From an uncultured Gammaproteobacteria bacterium (GTDB lineage: Bacteria > Patescibacteriota > Patescibacteriia > JAHIZJ01): a stretch of 64,000 nucleotides of DNA. Under the pieces are notes generated by a model. The model saw nothing but the letters and a program-made list of their open reading frames with translations, was not told where the DNA came from and did not search any database. The stretch spans positions 178,306-242,305 of the forward strand of contig CAYJKP010000002.1 of the NCBI GenBank assembly GCA_964371245.1, given 5' to 3'. Shown here one piece after another: positions 1 to 9,753 of the stretch. How positions within the stretch are numbered: the stretch's first letter is position 1; each line of letters starts with the position of its first letter. Position numbers and translations under genes: made by a program.

Positions 1-129
1 AACATCACCTATATCCTCAAGAACAACAAACTCTATAGTATTATCCAGTATATTCCAAAACTGACCGACCGGGGTATGTACACGGCAATCTACGGCCAGA
101 TCCTGGCAAATTTTTCCTTCACGCAGTAG
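1..129 (+). CDS. 3-prime end of an unidentified CDS entering from the left edge (open frame 1 ending TAG at 127-129)
   Basis: Open reading frame from base 1 to a TAG stop, followed by a rho-independent terminator. No family recognised from 42 aa. Confidence 0.3.
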   Translation, partial: NITYILKNNKLYSIIQYIPKLTDRGMYTAIYGQILANFSFTQ

Positions 130-137
130 CGAAAGAT

Positions 138-172
138 AAAAAAACCGCCCGAGGAATCCGGCGGTTTTTTGT
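138..172. terminator. rho-independent terminator (bidirectional hairpin between convergent genes)
   Basis: A-run, then ACCGCC stem and GGCGGT stem, then TTTTTTG. It lies between the left-edge CDS and the minus-strand CoA-binding gene. Confidence 0.6.
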
Positions 173-199
173 TATGTCTATATTACAAAAATAGGGTGA

Positions 200-622
200 T
201 TATTTCTGACCTTGTTTATATAATTGGTCACGTATGGTCATAATGCACGACCCATCGGCGACAATATCCATTCCGAGTTTCAACGCCTTATCACGGATGT
301 CCTGGCTTTCCGCGCCGGGCTGGAACCAAAGCTTGGCCACATGGGCAAAATTGGCGTCATCGAGCACTGCCCCGCCTTCATCCGGGGAAACCACAACAAT
401 CGCTACGTCAACTCCGCCCGGGATATCCTGAAGCCGATGGTATACCGGAGCACTGGCGATTTTCGTGACTTTAGCGTTAGAATTTACACCCACAACTTTA
501 TAGCCAGCGTTGAAAAAATCCACGAGAACGCGGTACCCGTATTTCTCTTGGTGCGTGCTGGCACCGACGACAGCATACCGGTATTTTTCATTTATAAACC
601 TTTTCGCTCGTTCGAGGTCCAT
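200..622 (-). CDS. CoA-binding domain protein (YccU-like)
   Basis: The 140-aa ORF has a Rossmann-like YAVVGAS motif, small size and overall YccU/CoA_binding_2 family resemblance. Confidence 0.65.
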   Translation of the reverse strand: MDLERAKRFINEKYRYAVVGASTHQEKYGYRVLVDFFNAGYKVVGVNSNAKVTKIASAPVYHRLQDIPGGVDVAIVVVSPDEGGAVLDDANFAHVAKLWFQPGAESQDIRDKALKLGMDIVADGSCIMTIRDQLYKQGQK

Positions 623-772
623 ACTATATAGTATACAGAAAAAAATTACATCTGTTAATAAATTAAGGGGGTGATTTTTATTGACAACCGCGACAATTCC
701 TTTTAAGATAGCGCCGTTGATGACTGTAGCCTGGTGGCGGTGTTGGTATGAACACTTTTCAAGGGAGGTGGC

Positions 773-2029
773 ATGCGCCGAACTAGCCTGTACTTTTTCA
801 TCCTCACCTGTCTGTTCGCGGCCCAGCCGGCCCGATCACAGGAACCCCTCAGCCTCCGCTTCATGAGCCAGCGCACCCAGCTGGACCGGTATCTCGGTCA
901 GGACGCCGTCGGTCAAATCAGCGGACAGGACATCAAACTGTTCGTGGACAATTCACGGCGGACGCGGCTGCTCGCCCTGGAGATCGAGAACTACAACAAC
1001 GACGTTCCCGACTCAATCGGCCTGGAGCTGCCCGAAAAACGCCGCAACATCGGCGTCTGCCTGCCGCTCACGAATCACTTCACGTTTCGCTACGTCCACA
1101 ACTCGTACGAGTACAACATCTCCGACGACTTCACCACCGAAGGGTACTATCCGTGTTTCGATGACACGACCAACCGGATCATGTTGGGCTTTGAGGAAGA
1201 CAACGAGCGTTCCTTCCTCGCCTATGGGTATGGCCGGCAGCAGCTCGGCCATTGGCAGCTGTATACAGCTGCTTCCCAGGAACGATACGACAAGGGAATG
1301 CGACAGAAAGAGCGCGTGATCAATGAACGCCTTGGCTTCGCGACCAGCCGTCTGGTCAGCGGGCTGCAGCTGTTCGCCTCCGGCACCTACAACTTCGGCA
1401 CTGAGCGGCCGACGTGGTCAGCTGGTTTGGCCCGCCCCGTGCCGATGGGTTCCACTCAGCCCGGATTCTATGTCTCCGGCCGATACAAGCCGGAAGCCAC
1501 CTTCGTGCTGGCGATGTTCACGATCGGCACGAAGGCCTTCCCCCAGGAGATGGTGGCTGACCAGTTTACTTCTTCGATGGTTTCGACGATGCATACCAGC
1601 CGGATTGTGCGCGGTCGCGACTTCGATGTCATGGGCGGCAGCTCATCGGGTTACAAGATCCAGGAGATGAGCGATGTCGCCGGCTACCTCACCCTGGTGG
1701 ACACCGAAGTGACTGAGACTGCCTCAGTCCGAGAGCTCGAAGCGGCTCTCTACGGCACGTTGTCCTGGTGCATTGCCCGACTAGCCAACCCGTTCATCGG
1801 TTTCGCCCATTCGGAATCGCGCGACCTGATCTACAACCCCATGCTTCACGGCATGGATGATCCCGGACAGAGCTGGAACACCGTCATGCTCGGCGGAAAG
1901 ATCAACGTTCTGGCTAGGCCCGATCCTCGCGGAACCAGGAAAGCCGGTTATCTGAAACTGGAATCAAAGCTCCGTTTCAACCGACACGGCTTCAACGGCC
2001 TAAGCCTCGAAGGCACCTTCTGGCTCTAG
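773..2029 (+). CDS. hypothetical secreted / outer-membrane-like protein (high GC)
   Basis: N-terminal signal peptide (MRRTSLYFFILTCLFAAQPARS) and a beta-rich sequence with aromatic residues near the C-terminus (GTFWL). No family assigned. Confidence 0.5.
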   Translation: MRRTSLYFFILTCLFAAQPARSQEPLSLRFMSQRTQLDRYLGQDAVGQISGQDIKLFVDNSRRTRLLALEIENYNNDVPDSIGLELPEKRRNIGVCLPLTNHFTFRYVHNSYEYNISDDFTTEGYYPCFDDTTNRIMLGFEEDNERSFLAYGYGRQQLGHWQLYTAASQERYDKGMRQKERVINERLGFATSRLVSGLQLFASGTYNFGTERPTWSAGLARPVPMGSTQPGFYVSGRYKPEATFVLAMFTIGTKAFPQEMVADQFTSSMVSTMHTSRIVRGRDFDVMGGSSSGYKIQEMSDVAGYLTLVDTEVTETASVRELEAALYGTLSWCIARLANPFIGFAHSESRDLIYNPMLHGMDDPGQSWNTVMLGGKINVLARPDPRGTRKAGYLKLESKLRFNRHGFNGLSLEGTFWL

Positions 2030-2125
2030 GTCAAACCCGATTCATTTATTGATTCCGGGTTTTTTTCTTTGGTGCTATCTGTTACAATGGAGATGTTTCG
2101 ATATCTTAGCAATTAACCCATTTCT

Positions 2126-3205
2126 ATGAACCAAAAAGGCTTTATTTCGCTTATTGCCACGATTATCATCGTGCTCGCCGTTCTGGCCGCTGGGGCGTAT
2201 TATTATGGCCGTGGTTCGGGAAAGGTCATAACAGAAAATCGCGACGTGACCACCTTTTCAAAAATCTCGCTCAAGGGCATCGGGAACTTGAAGATAAGCC
2301 AGGGTGATACGGAAAGCCTCCGCATTGAGGCCGAAGACAACCTCATGAAAAAGATCGAGACTGAAGTGCGCGGCGACACACTTCACATCGGTTTTAAATT
2401 GGCCTGGCCGTTTTGGAGCGTCTGGCCGACGAAAGACGTCAATTTCTATGTGACCGTGAAAAATCTTTCCGACGTCAGTGTTAACGGGTCAGGGAAAATC
2501 GACTTTACTACCCTTGCCCTCCAGGACGTAGGTTTACGCGTTAGTGGCTCGGGCACCATCACTGGCACAACGCTAACTGGCCGCAATGTTACTATCAACA
2601 TCAGCGGTTCGGGAAAAGTACGGCTTGGCCTGAATGTTGAAAAAATTGTTTCACACATCAGCGGTTCAGGCGACTTCTCGCTCAATGGCATCGCGACCGA
2701 TCAAGAGATTTCCATCAGCGGCTCGGGGAAATACTTGGCCAAAGATCTGGTCAGCCAGAACGTGAAGGTCGATATCAGCGGCTCGGGGAAATCTGAGGTA
2801 AACGCCCAGAAAAGTCTGACGGTAAAAATCAGCGGCAGCGGTAAGGTCGGTTATTACGGCCAGCCGGTGATCGACCAATCCATTTCCGGCTCAGGTAAGA
2901 TCGAACGGCTGACCGACGGTCCGGCGACCAACGCAAATACTAACACTAACGCGGTGGCTAATATTAATTACCAGCCAGCACCAAGCGATGCCTATCGCAA
3001 CAATCCGCGGTACTGCGAACAAACCGCCGACTGTGTGGCCGTGCCCCACCCAGCGAACAGTTGCTACAAAGCCTACTATAATATCTACGCCGAGAATGAA
3101 ATCGAAGCCTATAAAAACCAGACCGGCGCCGTAAGGGAAGATTGTCCGTTCAACGGACCCGCCCTCTGTGAAAATAATGTTTGTATCGGTAGAGCGCTGA
3201 TGTAA
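2126..3205 (+). CDS. DUF2807/GIN-head putative adhesin-like protein with repeated ISGSGK motifs and a Cys-rich C-terminal domain
   Basis: N-terminal TM/signal. At least 7 tandem (I/V)SGSG(K) beta-solenoid-like repeats. C-terminal 6-Cys segment. Asn/Thr-rich linker (PATNANTNTNAVANINY). Confidence 0.6.
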   Translation: MNQKGFISLIATIIIVLAVLAAGAYYYGRGSGKVITENRDVTTFSKISLKGIGNLKISQGDTESLRIEAEDNLMKKIETEVRGDTLHIGFKLAWPFWSVWPTKDVNFYVTVKNLSDVSVNGSGKIDFTTLALQDVGLRVSGSGTITGTTLTGRNVTINISGSGKVRLGLNVEKIVSHISGSGDFSLNGIATDQEISISGSGKYLAKDLVSQNVKVDISGSGKSEVNAQKSLTVKISGSGKVGYYGQPVIDQSISGSGKIERLTDGPATNANTNTNAVANINYQPAPSDAYRNNPRYCEQTADCVAVPHPANSCYKAYYNIYAENEIEAYKNQTGAVREDCPFNGPALCENNVCIGRALM

Positions 3206-3210
3206 ATAAG

Positions 3211-3245
3211 AAAAAACCGGCTACCGTCTGGCAGCCGGTTTTTAA
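3211..3245. terminator. rho-independent terminator (bidirectional)
   Basis: AAAAAACCGGCT..AGCCGGTTTTT hairpin with flanking A- and T-runs between convergent genes. Confidence 0.65.
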
Positions 3246-3262
3246 TTTTGCTGAGCTTAAAA

Positions 3263-3520
3263 TTAGTTCCGTTTTTCGACGACGATTGAACACTTCGTCA
3301 GCAATGCGGCCATGGCGCCGAGGGCGGCAAAAACCGGCAGCAGTACTGCACCGACCGCCGCGAACGTTACTGGTATTTCCAATATCGACTCACCTTTTTC
3401 GTTTTTGATAATGATCCGGCGAATGTTCCCTTGATGGATTAATTCCTTTACTTTTTGGACGAGCTCGTCGCCGTTGATTTTGAATTCCTCTTGACTGGGG
3501 CTTGTTTTTTGGGTTGCCAT
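3263..3520 (-). CDS. DUF4342-like small protein
   Basis: 85 aa with a soluble N-terminal half and a Gly/Ala-rich hydrophobic C-terminal half (AAVGAVLLPVFAALGAMAALL) typical of DUF4342. Confidence 0.5.
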   Translation of the reverse strand: MATQKTSPSQEEFKINGDELVQKVKELIHQGNIRRIIIKNEKGESILEIPVTFAAVGAVLLPVFAALGAMAALLTKCSIVVEKRN

Positions 3521-3597
3521 AATGTTTGGAATAAATGGTAATGTTTTGCCTAGTCGTACGTATCATTATAACATATGCATCTTCTACGACTAGCCGG

Positions 3598-4296
3598 TCA
3601 CTCATCATAACAAACGTATTGGCACGGGTCGATCCAGCCTGACAGCTCGGCCTGGGTATTCACATAGCCTCTGATATTTACGTCCGCACCTTTGTGAAAA
3701 CCAAGGTGCAAATGCCTGCGCTCCCCGGCTGTTTCCACGCTGTATCCTTTTCCGAGAATACCCAGCTCATCACCATGATTGACGATATCACCAACACTCT
3801 GTTCAATACTTGATAATCGAAGGTGTCCATAAATAACTGTTATTGCTTCCCCATTGAGCTGACACGATTGCACCGCCACCCCGCCATATCCGCTGGCTGA
3901 CTTACGCACGCTGAGCGGTCCGGTGCAGACGGCATGAACCACGACGTCGGCATTAAGTTCTTCCGGGAAAATCTCGAAATCCGCCCCAGTATGATACCCC
4001 CGGAATCGCTCTGGCTGAATCGGCGATGTTTGGGGTGTGATAAATATACCAAATGGCTTTTTCGTCACCCTTTCTCCTGAACGCGTGAGCAGCGGTAGGG
4101 ATATGTCAGCGGCTGAATTTGTTTGAGCTGGAAGCGACGAATTATTGACAATCGTATTTGTATTGGACGGGGCCGGTGGCGTGTTCGATTGATTCTGGGT
4201 TGGCGAAGATAACAATCGAAGCGACAGAAAGACCGCACCAACGAAGAAAATTATTACGATGAGGATATATACCTTTTTCATAGTGTTGTTAGGCAA
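3598..4296 (-). CDS. M23 family metallopeptidase (LytM-type), membrane anchored
   Basis: N-terminal TM. HxxxD (HTGADF) and HLH (HLHLGFH) zinc-ligand motifs of the M23 family. Asn/Thr-rich linker. Confidence 0.75.
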   Translation of the reverse strand: MPNNTMKKVYILIVIIFFVGAVFLSLRLLSSPTQNQSNTPPAPSNTNTIVNNSSLPAQTNSAADISLPLLTRSGERVTKKPFGIFITPQTSPIQPERFRGYHTGADFEIFPEELNADVVVHAVCTGPLSVRKSASGYGGVAVQSCQLNGEAITVIYGHLRLSSIEQSVGDIVNHGDELGILGKGYSVETAGERRHLHLGFHKGADVNIRGYVNTQAELSGWIDPCQYVCYDE

Positions 4297-4513
4297 ACAA
4301 ATTCAGGAAAAAATAAGGTTGTTGTGGTATAAAGAATACGCGAGCAGGTCGCAGTGTCATACCTAATACGCCCCGTGTGGAAAAATAATGATAAAAAGAT
4401 TCTCTCGGCGGCGGCGTCATGAGGCTTGTCTCAACTTAGGGAAAAAAGTGCGTCTATGAAACAACCATAATCTCTGCTATAATGCACTACCCTAAATACT
4501 AACACACTCCCAT

Positions 4514-5089
4514 ATGACAAACTATCTCCAACCGCCTACCCAACAAGCAGACGCAAAGCCAGAAGGCTTTCGCTCCATCTATACGCTCTATGCGCCAAAA
4601 GTGTTTAATTATCTCTGGTATCGCGTCGGTAATAATTATGCCGTGGCCGAAGATCTCATGCAGGAAACGTTCCTGCGCGCCTTCGAACGCCTGCCCTTCT
4701 ACACCCAGCGCGGCTATTCCTATCTGACCTATCTCATTACCATCGCGCACAATCAGCTCATGAATTACTTCCGACGGCCGATCACCTTGTCGCTTGAGGA
4801 AGCTTACTATCTGACGGTCGACACCAGTTCCGAGGTCGAGCGACGACTCATGGCGAGCCATGTCTGGAACCACATCCGCCGATTGCCGCCGAGCGAGTAC
4901 CGCCTCTTTGATCTCCGCTACCGGCAAGATTTATCCATCAAAGCAATTTCAAAAAAAGTTCATAAGTCGGCCAACGCCATCAAATTGACGCTTAGCCGCT
5001 CCCGAGAAAAAATCCGCCGCGAGCTTGCCCAAGAAGACCAGCTCCAAAAAGCCTCGTACCACCGCACCGCCCAGCCAACGACGGCCTGA
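4514..5089 (+). CDS. RNA polymerase sigma-70 factor, ECF subfamily
   Basis: Region 2 (DLMQETFLRAF) and region 4 HTH (LSIKAISKKVHKSANAIKLTLSRSR) are characteristic of ECF sigma factors. Confidence 0.8.
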   Translation: MTNYLQPPTQQADAKPEGFRSIYTLYAPKVFNYLWYRVGNNYAVAEDLMQETFLRAFERLPFYTQRGYSYLTYLITIAHNQLMNYFRRPITLSLEEAYYLTVDTSSEVERRLMASHVWNHIRRLPPSEYRLFDLRYRQDLSIKAISKKVHKSANAIKLTLSRSREKIRRELAQEDQLQKASYHRTAQPTTA

Positions 5090-5174
5090 CACCTTTTTCT
5101 GGCTCAGGTGTTTAATATAATGTGAGGGAAAACAATGACTGTGTTGTTTTTCCCAAATAACCCACCTTTTTTAC

Positions 5175-5207
5175 GGCAAAACCGGCTCCCTACAGCCGGT
5201 TTTGTGA
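5175..5207 (+). terminator. rho-independent terminator after the ECF sigma gene
   Basis: AACCGGCT / AGCCGGTT hairpin followed by TTTTGTGATT. Confidence 0.6.
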
Positions 5208-5212
5208 TTGGC

Positions 5213-5240
5213 TTGACTGTCGATATAAAACCGTTATACT
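5213..5240 (+). promoter_or_regulatory. sigma70-like promoter (TTGACT-16-TATACT) ahead of a ~180-nt GC-rich leader
   Basis: Consensus-like -35/-10 hexamers with 16-nt spacing. Confidence 0.45.
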
Positions 5241-5421
5241 GACCAGCTTGTCTGTCAAACGATAAGCGATGGCGCGTTCACGTCGCCCTGGACGGAATGC
5301 CATGTACCGGAGCCCGAAATTCGGGCGACTGGTGCAGGGATGGCCGGCCTTGGCACTTCCGCCTGCAGGATAGTCCGGCTTTCTTGAGCCGGACAGACCT
5401 GCGGTACCGGAGGACACTATC

Positions 5422-6258
5422 ATGCTAGACTGTCAGGAGTGCGAGAAAGCTGACCAGCTGAAACAAGAACGGTCGAAGTACCACCCAGCAGTCCATCTGA
5501 TCGGGGGACTGCTATTGCTCGCCGCCGCCTTCATCGGCAATCGGTACGGCTGGCGAAATCCCGCTGACTTCACACACGACTTGGCGTGTGCCGCTGGCAT
5601 CCTCAGCTTCGTTTTATCCGTCTGGGTAGGTTTCATCCCGTACATCGGCCGCAGCGTCATCGGCCACTATCTCTTCGACTACGTGAATCACCGGAGCGAA
5701 GGACATACCCACCTGACGCAGCCTCGGTACGGCTTTTCGGATGACTACGGGTTCAATGCCAAGGGGCCGATTTTCCGGATCACGCTCGGCGGTTGGTTCA
5801 AGCGCAACGCCGTGCTGCATCAGCCATCCGGCCACTGGTGGCACCACCTGAGGCGGGCTAACGGTATTCGGTTTCAATCAGGCAACAGTTACTCGCTGAG
5901 CGACCCGGAAGGAGGCTGCCTGCCGCCGATGACTCTGGCCGAGCTGCGCTGGGTGGTGGAATGCTTCACCGGACTGCGCACGCTGATCGAATTCGCCCGC
6001 GTGGTTGAAAGACAGCGGGATCATCTGGGCGGAACAGCTTGCGCAGTTGTGCGCTATGCCAAGAGTACCAAAGACAGGGAAAAGTCTCCGACAGCCCAGA
6101 GCATGCGACTGATGCTCGAGCAGGGAGTTCGGACCGTTCCGGCTCATCGTTACGGCGGCTCAGTCGACTCCTCGGGCCTACTGGCTAGCTGGGATGAGCT
6201 CGCGACCCGGATGCTACCCCCAGAACCGGCCGGCACGAGCGAGCTAGCCGCCGGCTAG
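5422..6258 (+). CDS. hypothetical protein (high GC), N-terminal Cys-x2-Cys and 2 TM helices, His-rich middle
   Basis: Long ORF with coding-like composition. CQEC motif, two hydrophobic helices, HxxH-rich segment. No family assigned. Confidence 0.4.
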   Translation: MLDCQECEKADQLKQERSKYHPAVHLIGGLLLLAAAFIGNRYGWRNPADFTHDLACAAGILSFVLSVWVGFIPYIGRSVIGHYLFDYVNHRSEGHTHLTQPRYGFSDDYGFNAKGPIFRITLGGWFKRNAVLHQPSGHWWHHLRRANGIRFQSGNSYSLSDPEGGCLPPMTLAELRWVVECFTGLRTLIEFARVVERQRDHLGGTACAVVRYAKSTKDREKSPTAQSMRLMLEQGVRTVPAHRYGGSVDSSGLLASWDELATRMLPPEPAGTSELAAG

Positions 6259-6329
6259 TTGATCGGTTGATCCGTTTCTCTCCGCGCCAAGGACGATTAT
6301 GTCCGCGGCGCTTTTTCATACTCGGAAGA

Positions 6330-6358
6330 TTGACAGTAAAGAAAAATAATGCTAGTAT
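6330..6358 (+). promoter_or_regulatory. sigma70-like promoter (TTGACA-17-TAGTAT)
   Basis: Near-consensus hexamers 22 nt upstream of the 6381 start, preceded by a GC hairpin terminator. Confidence 0.5.
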
Positions 6359-6380
6359 ACCGAGTTGTTAATCCAATCGT

Positions 6381-7220
6381 ATGCCTGCGTCGTCGCGAAA
6401 AAAATCTATCTGGTTGTCCATTGCCCTAATTGTGGTGGCTGGTTTGTTTTTTGCCTATCAGTACCGAGTCGCCCTGAAAGAATGGGTGAGCGGAAACGCC
6501 GTCAGTGATCTACCCCCAGCCCAACCAAGCACAAATTTCAATCGCAACACCGCCAATGAGAACGGCAACGACAATTCGAGCCAACCTGTCAACGAAAACA
6601 TTAACAGCAATACAAACGTTCAACCAAAGCCGCTGCCCGCTGAAATCAACCTTAGAGTTCCGTTCACCTCCCAAGCCCCGGACGCGAATTGGGACATGCC
6701 CTACCAGGAAGCCTGCGAGGAGGCGGCCGCGATCATGATCAACGCCTATTGGAACAAGAAAACGTCGTTTACGAAACAAGAGGCGGACACGGCCATTCTC
6801 GATCTGGTGGCGTTTGAAGAACAGCATTATGGTTTTTATAAGGATACTGACGGCGCGGAGACCATCCGATTTATCAAAGACAAGTGGGGATATGAAACGG
6901 TTGATTTGTATACCGGGGACGAGGTAACCATCGAGCGGATGAAGCGCGAGGTAGCGGATGGCTATCCCGTTCTGGTCCTGACGGCCGGCCGGATGCTCGG
7001 CAATCCGAATTACAAAGCGCCCGGACCGATCTACCACGCCCTCGTCATTAAAGGGTACAAAAAAGATGGCACGATCATCACCAACGATCCGGGCACGCGC
7101 AAAGGTGCTGATTATGTCTATGATCCCCAAACCCTGCTCAATGCCATCCACGAATGGAATAATGGCGATGTGAACAATGGTCAGAAGGTCATGATTGTCA
7201 TCCGTCCGAAAAGCGAGTAA
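6381..7220 (+). CDS. C39-like cysteine peptidase family protein (YvpB/BtrH-like), membrane anchored
   Basis: N-terminal TM, Asn-rich linker, then a domain with QAPDANW...CEEAA (catalytic Cys context) and a C-terminal His region resembling Peptidase_C39_2. Confidence 0.55.
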   Translation: MPASSRKKSIWLSIALIVVAGLFFAYQYRVALKEWVSGNAVSDLPPAQPSTNFNRNTANENGNDNSSQPVNENINSNTNVQPKPLPAEINLRVPFTSQAPDANWDMPYQEACEEAAAIMINAYWNKKTSFTKQEADTAILDLVAFEEQHYGFYKDTDGAETIRFIKDKWGYETVDLYTGDEVTIERMKREVADGYPVLVLTAGRMLGNPNYKAPGPIYHALVIKGYKKDGTIITNDPGTRKGADYVYDPQTLLNAIHEWNNGDVNNGQKVMIVIRPKSE

Positions 7221-7324
7221 TCACTCATTTTCCATTAATATTGACAAGTAATAATCATACAGAGTATGATATTTTTGTTTTTGGATCTTCAAACCGTCAA
7301 CAAATCCTCGAAGGAGGGTGAGGA

Positions 7325-7594
7325 ATGCCAGCGGCTACCCAGCCCCGAAGAAGAATCGGTGAAGTGGTTGCACATCAGATGATGCGGAACGGGCTAAGGG
7401 TCTTCGTCGTCACAGGCGCTGAAGGATCTCTGCATGTTGGGGGTGAGATCACGCTCGGAGAGGCTCCACCCGTCACTGTCAATGGCCTGGAACGCGATGG
7501 TCAGTCGATCGAGTCGGTCGGCGGCGGAACGAAGGTGAGCTTTCACCTGTCCGATGATCGCATCATTCCAAACGGCACACCGGTCTTCGCCTAG
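7325..7594 (+). CDS. hypothetical small protein (high GC)
   Basis: 89-aa ORF with a strong SD (GGAGGGTGAGG) 5 nt upstream of ATG, followed by a hairpin terminator. Confidence 0.4.
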   Translation: MPAATQPRRRIGEVVAHQMMRNGLRVFVVTGAEGSLHVGGEITLGEAPPVTVNGLERDGQSIESVGGGTKVSFHLSDDRIIPNGTPVFA

Positions 7595-7673
7595 ACCGAC
7601 GATTGCTTCAACGGCCTTGGCCGTCGAGACCTGCTTCGGTAGGTCTCTTTTTCAATAAAAAAGGGGGCGGGTA

Positions 7674-8390
7674 TTAACCACCCCCGGCGCTTTCCTTGTC
7701 GGAAAGCAATCGACCGGTCCCGGCTGTAGCCGGAGCAGTGTGAAGATGCCGTATCTGCGGGCCGGTGAAGAAACCGGCAAACGGTTCATTCCGGTCGTTG
7801 TAGTAGCGCCGGCTTTGCTCCCCGAGCTCAGCGACCCAGGGCTGGATCCGCGGATGCCGATCGGCCAATTCGGGCCGGAATACCGCCGCCATCGGCAAAA
7901 GGATATCCAGTGTCTCGTGCGCCTTCCGTACGCGGCTTTCCGGCGGCATGACGTCGCAGGTTCGGAAGTAGTGCAGCCGATCGCCCAGTTTCAGTAGAAC
8001 AACACGCGGGTCGCGCAACGCGCAGCGATAGAGCTTCCCGTAGTACATCTCGGCTTGCGGCACCCAGCCCAACTGGCTGAATTCCTTGTCGCATGAGACG
8101 GCCTCGACCAGACCCGCTACTTCGGGACCGAACAAGTCGAGGATCACGGCGATGCAGACATCCGTGTCCTCATCGAGGTCGTGGAGTATGGCCGCACACA
8201 CTTCAACCCACGTGCAACCGATCGCCAGCATATAACCGGCGACGGCATAGGCGTGGTTGACTGCTGGTGCTCCAGAACGGCGGAGCTTGCCGGCCATGGC
8301 CTGTTCGGCAATGCTGCTCGCCTGATAGATGCGTTCTGGTTGTTCGATGCTGGAACGTGCCAGTTGAAGCCGAAATTCGTCCTTTGTCAT
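7674..8390 (-). CDS. HD-domain phosphohydrolase, (p)ppGpp-hydrolase-like (RelA/SpoT N-terminal HD family)
   Basis: H..HDxxED motif (ILHDLDEDTD) and surrounding helices typical of SpoT-type HD domains. SD GGGGGTG upstream. Terminator hairpin overlaps the stop. Confidence 0.55.
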   Translation of the reverse strand: MTKDEFRLQLARSSIEQPERIYQASSIAEQAMAGKLRRSGAPAVNHAYAVAGYMLAIGCTWVEVCAAILHDLDEDTDVCIAVILDLFGPEVAGLVEAVSCDKEFSQLGWVPQAEMYYGKLYRCALRDPRVVLLKLGDRLHYFRTCDVMPPESRVRKAHETLDILLPMAAVFRPELADRHPRIQPWVAELGEQSRRYYNDRNEPFAGFFTGPQIRHLHTAPATAGTGRLLSDKESAGGG

Positions 8391-8515
8391 TGCCCACCCC
8401 CTGAGTACCGAATCCGTGGTTATTCGCCTCTTCCGTCAAACGCCGAAGCGTTTCTTCCGTGGAAAGAACAGGTGCGTTCCTATGATGTACGGGTACGAGA
8501 AAACATTGTCATAAA

Positions 8516-8550
8516 CAAAAAATCGCCTGGTTCGGCGATTCGTTTTTTGG
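8516..8550. terminator. isolated rho-independent terminator hairpin (A-run/T-run flanked)
   Basis: AAAAAATCGCC..GGCGATTCGTTTTTTGG. No annotated CDS ends here, so it may close a small transcript. Confidence 0.45.
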
Positions 8551-8786
8551 CACACACCTACTCCTCGGGAGGGAGAACGTGAAGCTACTTCGCGGTCTCC
8601 TCTTCCCTCTCTTTTCCGACCAGGCCGCTGGGAAGATGCCAATATTCATATGGTAAATTTGCTCCATTATATCATCGTTTCAGCGACGGTCAAGTGTACA
8701 ATCCACCGTCGAAATACTACCTTGTATGATTCCGAGATTAGTGCTACGGTATTGATAGAGAATATAATAATTCACTCACGTATAGT

Positions 8787-9587
8787 ATGAACCGCAAAAC
8801 TTCGGTTTCGATCATTCTTACGTCACTTATTCTCATTGTCGGCGTCGGCGCGCTCACGCTTTTCGTATATCTGCCGAAGAAAAAGGCACAACAAAACAAG
8901 AGCGACGTTCTGGGCGCGAAAACGACCAGCGCCCTCGAAACAACAACGGCCTATTTGACGACGCAGGTTGGCGTTGTAAAAGAATTGGAACGCCTGATTC
9001 GCAATTCCGGTCCGGTCTATACCGATCGCGAGAACAGTCAATACACGCCCGACGATCAACTCAAAACAGCTGACTCGACCCGACAAAAACTTCTCGCTTT
9101 TAAGGTTCAGGCGCAAGGCTGGGTCGTACCGGCTGAGGCCGGCGAGGTTCAAGCGCTTTTTCAAAAAGTTCTCGACCAGGAGCTCACTGTTAGCGACTCA
9201 TATCTAAAAGCCTTTAACCAAACAACGGGCAACGCTCAAGAAGCGCAATTCACCTTGGTAGAATCAGCGCGCTTACGGGTGGAGAGTGAAAAACTCGTAG
9301 CCAGCCTGAAAACAAAAAATGGCGAATTGCTAAAAAATGCCGGCGCCACATTTACTGATTCCGACGGCGACACCTTGCCGGACGTTTGGGAACGAATTGC
9401 CGGCAGCGACCAAACGCTGGTCGATACCGACGACGACGGACTGCTTGACGGTGAAGAATTCAATCTCTATCTTACGAAGCCATATGAACCCGATACTGAC
9501 GCCGATGGTTTTAGCGACGGTCAAGAAATAACGAACGGATTTAACCCGATTGGCCTTGGTAAATTGATACAGTCGTCAAGCAATTAA
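8787..9587 (+). CDS. membrane-anchored protein with C-terminal calcium-binding DxDxDG (thrombospondin type-3-like) repeats
   Basis: N-terminal TM. C-terminal repeats DSDGDTLPD, DTDDDGLLDGEE and DTDADGFSDGQE. Confidence 0.5.
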   Translation: MNRKTSVSIILTSLILIVGVGALTLFVYLPKKKAQQNKSDVLGAKTTSALETTTAYLTTQVGVVKELERLIRNSGPVYTDRENSQYTPDDQLKTADSTRQKLLAFKVQAQGWVVPAEAGEVQALFQKVLDQELTVSDSYLKAFNQTTGNAQEAQFTLVESARLRVESEKLVASLKTKNGELLKNAGATFTDSDGDTLPDVWERIAGSDQTLVDTDDDGLLDGEEFNLYLTKPYEPDTDADGFSDGQEITNGFNPIGLGKLIQSSSN

Positions 9588-9753
9588 ACCTGTTTTTCAT
9601 ATTTCGATAACCAACTAGCCGGCCCCATGGTCGGTTGGTTTTTCTAGGCGGGACCCCGCAAGTGGTGTATACTTTTACTAGGTTTACGCCCGCGCCCTTG
9701 ATTTTTTTCACCATTCTGGTATACTCACAAATTCTTAGAAATTTACGTAATCC

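Noticed and set aside
6510-7151. 213-aa minus-strand ORF inside the C39-like peptidase gene
   Set aside because: Fully nested antisense to a better-supported gene. No SD, no recognisable motifs.
8181-8582. 133-aa plus-strand ORF overlapping the start of the HD-domain gene
   Set aside because: Overlaps the N-terminus of the better-supported minus-strand gene and its SD. Arg/His-rich shadow composition.
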